From positions 20,150,001-20,214,000 of the forward strand of contig JBHGNT010000001.1 in assembly GCA_043228905.1 (NCBI GenBank): 64,000 bases of DNA. Reading direction: 5' to 3'. Within the stretch, counting starts at the first letter, position 1. The number at the start of each line of letters is the position of its first letter. Below, piece by piece: positions 22,548 through 34,834 of this stretch. The position numbers were made by a program, and so were the translations under genes. This stretch comes from Azolla caroliniana. Its lineage: Eukaryota; Plantae; Polypodiophyta. The notes under the pieces are model-generated. The model saw only the letters and a program-made list of their open reading frames with translations. It was not told the origin of the DNA and ran no database searches.

Positions 22548-23261
22548 ACTTGGTCGAATCACTGAAGGATCAACGTGCCCTTCCATGTAAGTGGGTCTAT
22601 CGAGTTAAGGAGACGTCTGATTCGGCCACCCCGAAATTCAAGGCCAGATTAGTAGCAAAGGGTTTTTGAGAGGAATACAGTGTCAACTTCGACGAAAGCT
22701 TTTCACCAGTGGTGAAAATGACCACCCTTGGCTTTATGGTCGGCATAGTGGCAGCCGAGAATTTGGAGTTGATTCAGCTATATGTCAAAATGGCTTTCCT
22801 CCACGGTGGTCTTGAGGTCGAAATTTATATGGAACAGCCGAAAGGCTTCGTGATATCTAGTCAAGAAAATCTAGTCTATTGACTCAGGAAGAGTTTTTAT
22901 GGCTTCAAATAGGCACCGCGACAATGGTACAAGAAGTTCGATGACTTCATCCAATCAATTGGCTTCTCAAAGAGCGATGAGGAACACTGCCTCTTCACAA
23001 AAACAGCTCGGGATCGATTACCGATCTTCCTCATCATCTACGTGGACGACATGCTCATCTCCGGTCACAATGACGAAGAACTCGCCGAACTTATTCTACA
23101 ACTACGGTTAAAGTTTGCAATGAAGGACCTCGGTCCGGCACCATAGATCCTTAGTATGAAAATTAGTCGACATTGAAATCGAAGACAACTGTTTCTGTCT
23201 CAATCCGACTACAGCGGTCGTGTCCTAGAATGCTTCAACATGCAATTGGGAAATCTGCCTC
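22548..23261 (+). pseudogene. pol: Copia C reverse transcriptase (copy 1)
   Basis: CKWVYRVK, FKARLVAKG, YMEQPKGF, IIYVDDML; continues the frame interrupted by B1. Confidence 0.9.
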
Positions 23262-26200
23262 ATTCGGACTGTGTCATTTCGATCTGTAGGTGCATGAAGC
23301 GTAACAGGCTTACAAAGCAACGTGTATTATCTAGCCGTCAAGGGAGATGGCTACAACCGAAGCTCACCAGTGCGTAATCTCGTATACACACTCACCCTAC
23401 GCTTACTAGCTCACAATTACCAACAAAGTACTACACCGAAGCAATAGATGACTTACATAGACACGAGAATCAGAGAAGATAGTATTGTATTACCAAAAGG
23501 GTAGCTCCCCATAATACACGTTAACCCTTTACAGAGGATTTCCGCCTTTATATACACAGGGCTTTTTTCCCGTTATGCTCCTACCGTAATCCATTACATG
23601 CGTTTCTTTAACACTTCTAATAATATATTCTACTTGATTACGCGTTAGGTCCAACGGACAACACTAGCAGACAGCACTTGGGACGTCTGTGGGACAGTGC
23701 CATGGCATGTCGGACCCGTCCCTCTAGTCATCGTTCAAAATGTCCAGGATGTTCGGCTCTGTCCATACGGCTTGGTCCGGAAACAGTGTGAAGACCGTAG
23801 GTGCTTCGTTGTTTTGCTCAATGGGCTCCTCCAATTGTATGTCGGTTCTCCCAATCCACCCGGTAGGTGTGCAATTCTGCTGCTTGCGTTGCCCATGCTA
23901 CCCATCCTTTGTCCAATGTCGCTTTCAAGTGTGTTGTAAACCGCTCGCGATTTGTTTGAAGAAGGACGCGTACATTGTCCGTTATTGTTTGGGAGCAGTT
24001 TTGTGCTTCTTTCAGGGTTTTCTTGAGGTTTTGGATTTGATGCTTATTGGCCGTAGCCGACTCCTCATAGAGGCTCTTCATTTTTTTCCATACCTGGGAT
24101 TCTTTCAAGTGTAGTTCCTTGAGCTGGCTCATTTCATTGTTCAGGTGGACTTCTACTTGATGCTTCAGTTCCTATTCTTGCATGAGCTGCTCGTCGTACC
24201 ATGCTTTCTTCTTTTCCAATAACTCTCGGAGTCCCTTGATAACGGCTTCTGTCTGTTGGGCTTCCTCAAGCAACTTCCCGTTTTCTTCTTTTGTGCGGGT
24301 ATGTGCGGCTGTCGCTGCCTTGAGCTTATCCTCCAGTGCTTTCACTGCCATTCGTCCTTTTGCCTGGGTAACCTTTTCTCTGTCCGATCATTGGCGTAGT
24401 TCTGCGTGGAGGCGCTCAATCTCGGACTCGGCTACCTGCATGGCTCGTTTTGCTTTCGCGGCGATGGCGGTTTGTGCTTCGAACTCCTCCCATAGAGTCG
24501 TCGTTGTGTCATCACTGGATGCCAGTCCGGGGTTTTGCTGTGTCATAGTTCTACTGTGTTCTAATTCCACAATGCGCTCTTGGGCCTTCTGTAGTTGGGT
24601 TTCAATCAGCTTAGCTGTTTTCCAGACATTCTTATTTTTTATAGCCATATATTTGGCTCCCATATTGACTATGGCCGACTCCCTCTATACTTCGATGAGG
24701 GTTGTATTCAATGGGGGTAATTCAATGCCCATGTGGCGAATCCCCACGTTCCGTTGTCTGCCTATCTTGGCGAGGGGTCCCTCATTTTATTACAGGTGCG
24801 TCCTAGTTACTATTTAGTGTAGGGACCTCTCTGCGGTCTCAATTACAATGTGGAACGGGTTCAGGGGCATAGGTCCCAGATAAGGTCTCAATCGGAACCC
24901 ATTCACTTTTTGCCAAAGTATAACTCCAACGAGCGTACCCAATTGGAAGGTGCCATTTTCCACTCCAACTATCCAATACGACCCTATCTAGCGGAATCGT
25001 AACTTACCTAGCATTTGACCCATGCGTGTTTGAAGGACCAATACAACCTTCCCAACATCAAAGTACTTCTCCCATGTGCCCTGATGTTGATCCACGAATG
25101 CTTTCCACCATCGCTGCTCTTGCTCGAGTACGGCCATACTATAGACCCGAGCCTCGCCTAATTCGAGAAGTTGTTGTAGCCGTATTTGCTATGACTTGCC
25201 TTCTAACAGTCGGTCTCGTACTTGAATTCTCAAACTAGGCACCTGGAATTCGATGGGCATTATGGCTTCTAACCCAAACGTGAGCCCGAAAGGTGTGGAC
25301 TGTACGCTAGTTTGGTAACTCGTCCGATATGCCCACAAGGCGCTATGCGGCTTGGTATCCCAGTCTCTCCTATTCTCATTTACGAGATTTTTCATTATTG
25401 TCTGTAAGGTCTTGTTTGTGGACTCCGCTAACCCATTCTCTTGCGGGTAATATGACGTGCTCTTCTGATGAACTACGGCGTAATGGTGTGTTAGCTCTTA
25501 GATGACTGAATTCCGAATGTGGCTCCCTTGATCACTGATGAGCTCAATTGGCCAACCAAACGACACCAAATGTATTTGTAAAGAACTTTTTCCGTGGATG
25601 CCGTCGTATTATGCCATAACGCTTTTGCTTCTACCCACTTAGGGTAGTAATCTGGGCTACGAGAATGTACTTATTGCCTGTCCATGTCATTGCCAGCGTA
25701 AAGGGACTGACAAAATCCAAACCTCATTTCTGGAATCGATCCAGCGGAAGAACCAGTTTGTGCAACATCCGTGCGAGCTCCGTAGGTTGCCCCAACCGTT
25801 GACATAGATTACACTGTCTATAGTATTGATACGTGTCTTTCTACGTAGTTGGCCACCATAGCCCTGCTTGCCATATTTTTCGGGCCGTACCGCAATGAGC
25901 TTCGCGCAGAACGGCTTCCTTTTCATCTCGGCGTATCTAGTGTCACTAGATCCCGTTGCTACCCTTGTGGTAAAGGACCCTTCAACCAGGCAAAACTTAC
26001 GACTGTAGACAGCCAGCTGTTTCTTCTAATCCGTCCGTAGTTGCGGAGGTGGTAGTCCCGTAGTCAAAAAGTACGTCATTTCCAACAACCCATGATCCGG
26101 AAAATTCGTTTCTACTTGTGATGCCCTAGTCGCGATCCTCAAAATGTCTGCGTCAGGAAAGTCGTCATCGTCTCTCCCCGCATTATCGCCATTATCTACT

Positions 26201-27121
26201 CGGGTTAAGAAATCAACGACGGCATGCTTCGTGCCCGGCCGATATTGAATTGCGAAGTTGAACTCCTGGAGCAGCAACATCCATCCGGCCAGCTTACCTG
26301 TCAATGCATGTTTCTGAACTAGATACAATAACGATGCATGATCTACGTGAAACGTAAATCTGCGCCCTAGCAGGTACTGCCAGAATTTGTTGATGCTATA
26401 TATCATCCCCAAGGCTTCACGCTCAATGGTGGAGTAGTTTCTCTCGGCGGTTGATAGTTTACGACTGGCATAATAGACCTATCTGTACCAACTAGGCTCT
26501 TTGAGTTGCATTAATGCGTTGCCGATTGCTATATCTGAGGCATCCACAAAGACATGAAAAGGTTTAGTCCAATCTGGTGGTTGTACGACCGGTGCTTGGG
26601 TTAACATTATCTTCAGTGTGTGGTAAGCTTTCTCTTCTATTATCGTCCACTTGAAGGGCGTTCGATGTACGACGGCGTGTAATGGGGTCGCAAAATCCGC
26701 CAAGTACCGTAATATGCAGCTATTCCAACGTATTTGACCCAGGAAGCGGTTGAGGGCTTTGGCATTAGTCAGAGTCTTTGCTTCAATGATTGTCGTGATT
26801 TTGTTTGGATCCACAGCTATCCCTTCCTTGCTTACGATGTGTCCGAGAAGTGCCCCACTTGTGACGCCGAACGCCTAAAACCATCTAGAAAACTATACAT
26901 GTCATGGCCCGCAACCGTGTCTAGTACGCTATCAGTGAAGGGTAAGGAAAATGCGTCTATTATCTTTACGGCGTTGAGGTTCCGATAATCCATGCAAACG
27001 CGGATTTTACTATTTTTCTTTGGTAGCACAACTATCGGGCTTAGCCACATGGCTTGCTTCACTGGCTAGATAAACTCTGCTTTTAGAAGTTTGTTAGTCT
27101 CTTCTTTTACGCGAACTGCGT
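23262..27121 (-). mobile_element. Family A gypsy 3' half, duplicate copy 1 (3' LTR remnant, extra ORF, INT, RH, RT)
   Basis: HSALWAYRTSYQ, PPDWTKPFHVFVDASD, KIRVCMDY; parallels 34290-36998 and 42672-45050. Confidence 0.88.
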
Positions 27122-27777
27122 TGTTGTGGAGAAAACCGTCCCTAGGAGGAATCGGTGGATAGTGTGTGTGAACCGGCCCTTACACATGGGCACATGTTTG
27201 ATGTATTTACAGGTCGACGATGTAATTATCCTCGGTAGCACGAATTCATTAGGTAGGGTATCGAAGACGATCTCTGTCCGAAAGGACAGAGAATAAAAGT
27301 GATGTAACAGTCTGTAATGGCTCTCTCTTTCCTTGTGCTATAAAAGGACAGAGAAAAGGGGCTGAGGGGGGATCGCAAAGTCGAGGACTAAGTGTTGTCG
27401 GACTGGAAACGAGGTCTTCTCCTTTGTCTATCATCGTTCTTTGCAGGGTTTGGGAGGCTTCCTCTGTTTCGTGGAAATCCCGAGTGCTTTTAGCAAGGGC
27501 TCCATCTCTTGTTGTCTTATGTGTTGTGTGAGTTGGTGTGATCGAGTTGGCACTTACCGGCTAGCCGGCTGTAATCTCGATCATACATACATACATATAT
27601 ATATATATATACATTTGCCTCACTCGTTATTCGACCTTGTTTGTGAATTCTCTGTGTATTTTTGTGCGCGGCTCGGTCGTGGTTTTGTAGCGTGTCTCCC
27701 TTTGCTCAGACATTCCTCAGTTCAGGGCCCCTGCGATCCCGCCTAGGTTTCTCCTGCGCGTGCAGGATAACACGACA
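27122..27777 (+). repeat. 5' LTR of D1
   Basis: TGTTGTGGAGAAAACC...AACACGACA; homologous to the solo LTR at 45051-45678. Confidence 0.9.
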
Positions 27778-27781
27778 TATT

Positions 27782-27799
27782 TGGTGAACCCGACGTGAA
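27782..27799 (+). promoter_or_regulatory. PBS complementary to tRNA-Trp (D1)
   Basis: TGGTGAACCCGACGTGAA, the complement of the plant cytosolic tRNA-Trp 3' end TTCACGTCGGGTTCACCA (tRNA sequence recalled, not looked up). Confidence 0.85.
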
Positions 27800-27822
27800 A
27801 CAAGGCGACAGAGGAATCGAGG

Positions 27823-29959
27823 ATGAGGGGATTAGAGCTCGCCGAAGCCATGGTGGCAGCAATCGATTAGATAGTAAGCCCTCGCAAGGGCACAGGCGCC
27901 CTCGACAGGGCAATTGCAGCAATTGTCGGCACAATAAGCCGGTTCGATGGGAAGGACGCCACGAGTTATTTGGTGGCCTATCGGGCCGAAATGGTGATGA
28001 GGGACATCCCGGAGGAAAGGCGTATGGCTGGGTTCCCCCGGGTAGCAACACTGGGCATTCACGCAGAGGTGCTCGAGGTGCAGGCTAGATGCCGAACCTG
28101 GGGAGAATTCAAAGCGTGGCTCCTCAAGCGGTACGAGCTTGATGATACGCTTCGGTTATCGAAGTGGGACTTTATGGATTGGGTGGAGACCCCAGGAAAG
28201 GGGAGGAATGCGTCGGCGCTCCTCCGGGAGTTTGAGGAACGCTTTGCACAACTTTCGGCTCTAGACGGAACCATACTGAACACGAGCCATGTCCTTTTAT
28301 TCGTCAAAGCTGTGGATGTGCAGGATCAGGAGCAAATGGGTCTCCTACTGGAGACAGACGATGGGTTGGCGACTGACTGGGCTGTGGTTAAAGGGGTTTG
28401 TGGCCGTTTCGACAAACGACGTGAGTGGGTCGACAAGGGCACGTCAGGGGCAGCAGTGGTTGTGGCAAGGAACCTTGAGGGACCTCCGCCGACGCGCAAG
28501 GAGGAAACCTAGGATTGGCTTGAGATAGGCTCGACTTCAACCGGCGTGGTCAAGGGCCCATCCAGCGGAGTGGCTCTGGAAGAACTGATGCAAATGGTAT
28601 GAGACCTCCAGATTGCACAAGCAAGGAGGGACGGCGGCGAGCAGCCTCCTGACCGAAGGCCTCTGGGTGGGCATCGGTGCTTATGGTGTGATACGGTCAG
28701 TCACTCTCGAAAGGACTGCGTGGACTTCACGGAAGCAATAAGGGCTAACGTGGTGTACCTATGGAATGGGAGGGTGCATGCTAGCGAGACTCGGGGAGCC
28801 CTGGAGCTGAATATCGGATGAGGAGGAATGAAGAGGTTGATGGAAGAAGCGGCGGTGCGCCACGCGGAGACCATCCACTACTCGGCATCGGTAGGAATCC
28901 GGGTCGGGAGTGACGAAGGCCGGAAGACGAAAGAATCCAGGTTCTGGCCGGCGGTGCTAGAAGGCCTCGCTAGAGTGTGGTTGACAAGGGAGGAAGTGGA
29001 CCGTGCGGAAAGACGGGTCCGGGAGGTCACTAGGTGGAGCGATCCGGTCGAAGAAAAGACCGGCTTCGTGGAAGCCGTGTGCTAGAACTACGAGGTTCTG
29101 GAAGAAGACAAGCGTGCGGGAAAGGCCGGAGGGGCCGGACCCTCGCAGCGGTACGAGACCTGGTTCGAGCTGAGGCAAAATGACGCCGGTGCTGCCGGCA
29201 CACCGGATAAAACAAAGAAAGCCGGTTACCGGTTGAGCACCGAGATAAAAAGGACGACGGACGTGCGGAAGGTCCTTGAGGAATGAATCCTCGACAGCAA
29301 GGTGGAGATGTCGCTGAGGGAGGTACTTGGGATCGCCAAGAAAGAATTCCATGACTCCATCGTTGACCTAGTGAAGCGAAAAAGACTTTCAACGGAGTCA
29401 GATCTGGAGCCGGAGAAGCCAGTGGAGGTGTGAACGACGTACCTAGAAGACATGGCCCTGGAAGACGAGTTGGAAAAAAGCCACTATTTGAAGATGCATT
29501 GGCCTAGAGCCACTACGGAAACCCTCGTTCGGATCGAAGACGTCAAGGAGCCGGTGGTGGCGTTGGTAGACCATGGTTCGGAGATCAACCAGATGTCCAT
29601 GGACTTCTACAAGAAGGGTAAATGGCCGATCAACACCAAGCACGGGTGGAAAATACGAGCGGCGACGCGCACCACGGAGGAACTACACGGGTGGGGCCTA
29701 CCCAAATGTATGAGTAAAGATCTACGATGTCAAGATTGACCAGCACTTCTTTGTGCAGGAGACATCCTCCCATCCGGTGATACTCGGGGAGCCATACAAT
29801 ACGGCAGCACGCATGGAGACGAAGGTGTTGGATAATGGTTCGGCGTATGCACGCGTGAAGAGTCAAGATGGGCCACAATCCGTCCAATTTCTGATGGTGC
29901 GACCGAACCACGAGTGTAACCGCGAGACCCTCGGTGGTGAAAGCCGAGGGGATTTTTAG
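27823..29959 (+). pseudogene. gag: D1 gag-protease ORF (degenerate)
   Basis: RFDGKDATSYL, CLWCDTVSHSRKDC knuckle, ALVDHGSEIN protease; ends RGDF* at GGATTTTTAG. Confidence 0.85.
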
Positions 29960-32900
29960 AGAGGGCTATCAGGGCATGGGGCCACGATAGGCCACGATAG
30001 TCCGGACACCCCGGAGAAACCCCACACGTGTACAATGGGAAGGAAACCCTGTACGATGGACAGGAAATTTTGGTTCTCCGACAACGGAGGCTATACAATA
30101 ACCGGCATTAGCGGCCGGGAGAAGAGGCGGGCAGAGGAACATCTCAGGGCGCGCGGAGTCCTCGGCCTTGACGAAGTGATAGGCAGTGCCGTGGAGGCAG
30201 TCTCTTTTGACGATACCTTGGGAGATCTGAGGAACGTGCTCGAAGAAGGCCTCAGTGAAGACCGGACGATTCTGGTTAGTTCAGGAAGAATGTACGAAGT
30301 CATCGCCGACTTCGGAAGAAGGGTCGAGTCAGATCGGATGGCCCATGTGCATACGAAGTACAAGACTGTGGACTGGAAGGTGAGGCCAGTCGCGGCACCC
30401 TTGCCGGAGGGCAGCGCGTTACAAATGAAAGGGGTCGCGTCAGACCCAAGTTTACGAGATCCGGTCGGCATAGGGCACCGGTTCACCGACACAACGCTAC
30501 GAGAGCTTAAGGTCGGTGGGGTGGCTTTCTACTTCCGGCAGAGGAGGACCGATTTTCGAGAATGCTCGAAAAGCACGGGAGGGCCTTCGCATTCATGCCG
30601 GGGGAGATCGGGTGCATAGACCTGACAATCGTGGAACCAATGGTGATCTTCACGGTACCGCATGTGTCGTGGAATCGCAAGCCGATTCTGGTGCCCAGAG
30701 CTCACATCCCGAAGTTGATGGAGCTACTGAAGTAGAAGGTGGAGATGGGCATCCTCGAACCGTCGAGTGCCCCGTACTTGAATCGGTGCTTTACCGTGCC
30801 AAAGAAGAACAGCGCGTTGCGCTTTATTTAGGACCTGCAACCAGTCAACAAGGTGACCATTCGGAATGCAGGAATTGGACCGACCATTGATGAGTTTGCG
30901 GTGACCATTGATTTACTCGGTCGGGGAGATGTACTCGGGGTATGACCAATTCCAACTAGACGTAGAGAGCAGGGATATTACGACAATGCAGACTCCTCTC
31001 GGCCTAGTGCAGATGTGTACCCTTTTGCAAGGAGGGACAAACTCGGTAGCGCACATGGTGAATGAAATGAATAAGGTACTAAGGGACTGCATCCCGGACA
31101 TCACCATGTTGTTTTTGGATGACATTCTGATCAAGGGATGTCCAGTGCAGGATAAGGATGAAACGGTCGGACTGGACGGGTGTTGGAAATTCGTCTCAGA
31201 CCACATTGGGGATTGCGAGAAGGTGTTGCAAAGGCTGGAAGGCACGCGACTCACCTTCTCCGGGGAAAAGTCGGCTTTCGAACAGTAGGAAATCATGGTC
31301 CTCGGACACTTGTGTGAGCCTTAGGGCCGGAAACCGTCCTAGGGTAAGGTGGAAGCCATCTCCGCGATAAAGGAAGACTGCAGGTCGGTTACAAAAGTCC
31401 GGAGGTTCTTGGGAGCTTGCGCCATTCTACCACATTTGGATCCTGCATTACGCCCATATCGCGGAGCCACTCTACGGGTTGTTGAAGAAAGGGCGCTAGT
31501 TCGAGTGGAGCCGGGAGCATGCAGAGTCAGTCCAGAGAATGAAAGAAGCGTTGGCTATAGTACCGGCACTCCGGAAAACAGTCTACGATAGACACGTTCC
31601 GATTTATATAACCGTAGACACAAGTCCGACCGGGATCGGCTGGGTGATCAACCAGGAGGATGAGAACGGCGCGAGGTTCCCCATCCGGTTCGGTGCGAAA
31701 GTACTTAGCGCGCGACAGCGAGGATACGCCTAGGTTAAACGCAAACTCTAGGGTATCATTTCGGCGGTCAAGGCCGACAAAGACTACCTGATCGGAAAAA
31801 AGGTAATAAAAGAGACGGACTAGTTAGCGATTCTCAGTATGGTTTCCAGATGTGCGACGCCAAACCTGGCAATGCTCAGGTGGATAACATACATTAAGTC
31901 CCTGAATTCGAAGATACAGCTCTAAACCCTAAACGCCATGGCCGACATGCTTTCAAGAGCAAGGTTTGATGACGAAAACGGCTTGGTTTCAGAGGACGAG
32001 GAAGGGGGAGCTCCCTGGTGCTTAAGGAGTTTGACAAGAGCGAGTACGAGGGGGAATGGCTACAGATCAAAGGGTTCCTGAGAACGATGGCGCCGGACGC
32101 GGCATGGACAAAGGAAGAGGCTAACCGGATCCAGAAGAAAGCGTACCAATTCTTCCTACGGGACGGGAGCATATGGAAGCACCCGAAGAAGAGAGATAGC
32201 GTCCCACTCCGGGTAGTGGCGAGGAAGGAGGAGCAGGAAGCATTGTTGACAGTGTACCACGAGAGTCCTTGGGCCGGTCACCGAGGGACATGGGCCATGT
32301 TTGAAAAACTAAAGGAGAAGTACTGGTGGTCGGGACTATACCGGGACGTGCATTGGTTCGTAATGACTTGCGAAAGTTGTCAAAAGCATTCCATAGTCCG
32401 ACATCGGGGCGAGATGCACCCTACTTACCCGTCAACCATCCACTTCAAGTGGATGGTGGATTTGATAATGACGCCGATGGGGGTAGCGCAGATGCGATAC
32501 CTGGTGCTAGCACGAGGGGACCTGACGAACCAGATGGAGAGCCAGGCGTTACAAAACAAGACGACCGCAACCATGTGCTGGTTCCTGATCGAGGAGGTGG
32601 TATGTCAGTATGGGTGCATAGGGAAAATCATACCGGACTATGGAGAACTGGATGCAGAAGAGGCTAAAGAGATGTTTGAACGGTTAGGGGTTAAATTCTC
32701 GCTCACCACGGCGTACAACCTAGAGGCAAACAGGAAGGTGGAACACGAACACGGGCCAATTGTAAAGGCGTTGGTACAGGCATGCGAAGGCCAAGTCAAG
32801 AATTGGCCACGGCTCCTGCCTTACCCAGTGTGGGCAGACCGAACTACGCACAGTTCGGTAACCGGGTTCATGCCGACGGAGCTGATGTACGGGCCGAAGC

Positions 32901-33451
32901 CAATCATGCGGATGGAGCGAACGATCTCCTCATGGGCCGCGCTGGATTGGAGGGATGAGATGAGCTGGGAGGAGCTATTAGCGGCACGGATCCGACAACT
33001 CGAGCAAAGACGGGAGGTCGTAGAACGAGTAACGACGAAGCTGCGTGCAGCAAGGACGAAGAACAAGGGAAGATTCAACTGGACTCACCGACTACAACCA
33101 AAGAAAATCGAGGAAGGCGGCTGGGTTCTGGTCTACGACGGCAGCCTCCACAACTAGCACACGACAATGCGGAAATTTGCGAGGTGGTTCGGGACTTACA
33201 CGATGACAAGCGCCAACAACAACGGCACCTACCATCTCGTGGAGCTCGACGAAACGAGATTAGTTGTGGCGGTGGCCGGGAAGAGGATCAAGGCATTCAA
33301 GAAGCGGCATGAGGACGAACCAGACCCAGAGGACATGGATGACGACGACGACCTATTCAGAGCGGGTGGCGGACAAGAGCGAAAGATGACCGCAGGCCGG
33401 TTTTCTCTGACAGAATTCTATTCTGGCACATACCGGAGGATGCGCGGTTAG
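29950..33451 (+). pseudogene. pol: D1 pol (RT-RNase H-integrase), entered in the -1 frame
   Basis: KYKTVDWKVRPV, MYSGYDQFQL, FLDDILI, TVDTSPTGIG, HHCC and DDE integrase. Confidence 0.88.
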
Positions 33452-33573
33452 GTGGGGGCGGTTTACGCACTGCTATGGCTTATGTTATGCGTATTGTTTT
33501 ACGCACCCAGTCTACGCATTGGGTTGCACACCGTGTTATGCAGCCAATGTTGAGCTTGACACTCAACATTGGG

Positions 33574-34289
33574 ACTTGGTCGAATCACTGAAGGATCAAT
33601 GTGCCCATCCATGTAAGTGGGTCTATCGAGTTAAGGAGACATCCGATTTGGCCACCTTGAAATTCAAGACCAGATTAGTAGCAAAGGGTTTTCGAGAGGA
33701 ATACGGTGTCGACTTCCATGAAAGCTTTTCACTAGTGGTGAAAATGACCACCCTTGGCTTTATGGTCGGCATAGTGCCAGCCGAGAATTTGGAGTTGATT
33801 CAGCTAGATGTCAAAATGGCTTTCCTCCACGGTGGTCTTGAGGTCGAAATTTATATGGAACAGCCGAAAGGCTTCGTGATATCTAGTCAAGAACATCTAG
33901 TCTATTGACTCAGCAAGAGTTTTTACAGCTCCAAACAAGCACCGCGACAATGGTACAAGAAGTTCGATGACTTCATCCAATCAATTGGCTTCTCAAAGAG
34001 CGATGAGGAACACTGCCTCTTCACAAAAACAGCTCGGGATCGATTACCGATCTTCCTCATCATCTATGTGGACGACATGCTCATCTCCGGTCACAATGAC
34101 GAAGAACTCGCCGAACTTATTCTACAACTACGGTTAAAGTTTGCAATGAAGGACCTCCGTCCGGCACCACACATCCTTAGTATGAAAATTACTCAGAATT
34201 GAAATCGAAAACAATTGTTTCTATCTCAATCCGACTATATCGGTCGTGTCCTAGAATGCTTCAACATGGGATCAGCGAAATCTGCCTCA
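33574..34289 (+). pseudogene. pol: Copia C reverse transcriptase (duplicate copy 2)
   Basis: Near-identical to 22548-23261; preceded by a duplicated B1 LTR end (33462-33568) and TTGGG. Confidence 0.9.
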
Positions 34290-34787
34290 TTCGGGACTGT
34301 GTCATCTCGGGGAAAATCGGCCTTGAGAGGTGTTACTGATTAGAGACACTGTCTACTCTCAGTCCTTCGAGGTAGACTTTAAGATGATGGCGGTGCAAGA
34401 AATAGATTCGTAGGTGCATGAAGCGTAACAGGCTTACAAAGCAACGTGTATCATTTGGGTGTGAAGGGAGACAACTACAACCGAAGCTCACGAGTGCGTA
34501 ATCTCATATACACATTAACCCTATGCTTACTAGCCCACAATTACCAACAAAGTACTACACCGAAGCAATAGATGACTTACATAGACACGAGAATCAGAGA
34601 AGATAGTATTGTATTACCAAAAGGGTAGGTCACCAAATACACACTAACCCTTTACAGAGGATTTCCGCCCTTTATATACACAAGGCTTTTTTCCCGTTAC
34701 GCTCCTAGCGTGATCCGTTACATGCATTTCTTTAACACTTTTAATAATATATTGTACTTGTTTATGCGTTAGGTCCAACGGACAACA
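34290..34787 (-). repeat. 3' LTR of the minus-strand family A element (outer end probably truncated)
   Basis: Starts TGTTGTCCGTTGGAC on the minus strand, TATATAAAGG ~110 nt in; duplicated at 23262-23663. Confidence 0.7.
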
Positions 34788-34789
34788 CT

Positions 34790-34806
34790 TGGCACGCCTG
34801 TGGGAC
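34790..34806 (-). promoter_or_regulatory. tRNA-Arg 3'-end-like sequence (inverted PBS) at the PPT position
   Basis: Minus strand GTCCCACAGGCGTGCCA-AG-TGTTG; degenerate duplicate at 23679-23695. Confidence 0.8.
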
Positions 34807-34834
34807 AATGCCATGGCATGTCAGACCCGTTCCT

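Larger units (their letters stand above)
22445..33458. repeat. First unit of an ~11 kb tandem segmental duplication (second unit starts 33459 and extends to ~45678)
   Basis: The same run of junctions (B1 LTR end, TTGGG, copia C RT, family A 3' end, family A pol, family D LTR at the same site) recurs from 33459. Confidence 0.88.
27122..33461 (+). mobile_element. Ty3/gypsy family D, copy D1: 5' LTR, Trp PBS, gag-PR, pol, PPT; 3' LTR absent (duplication breakpoint)
   Basis: LTR 27122-27777, PBS 27782-27799, ALVDHGSEIN, MYSGYDQF, FLDDILI, HESPWAGH...CESC; PPT TAGGTGGGGGCGG ending at 33461. Confidence 0.93.
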
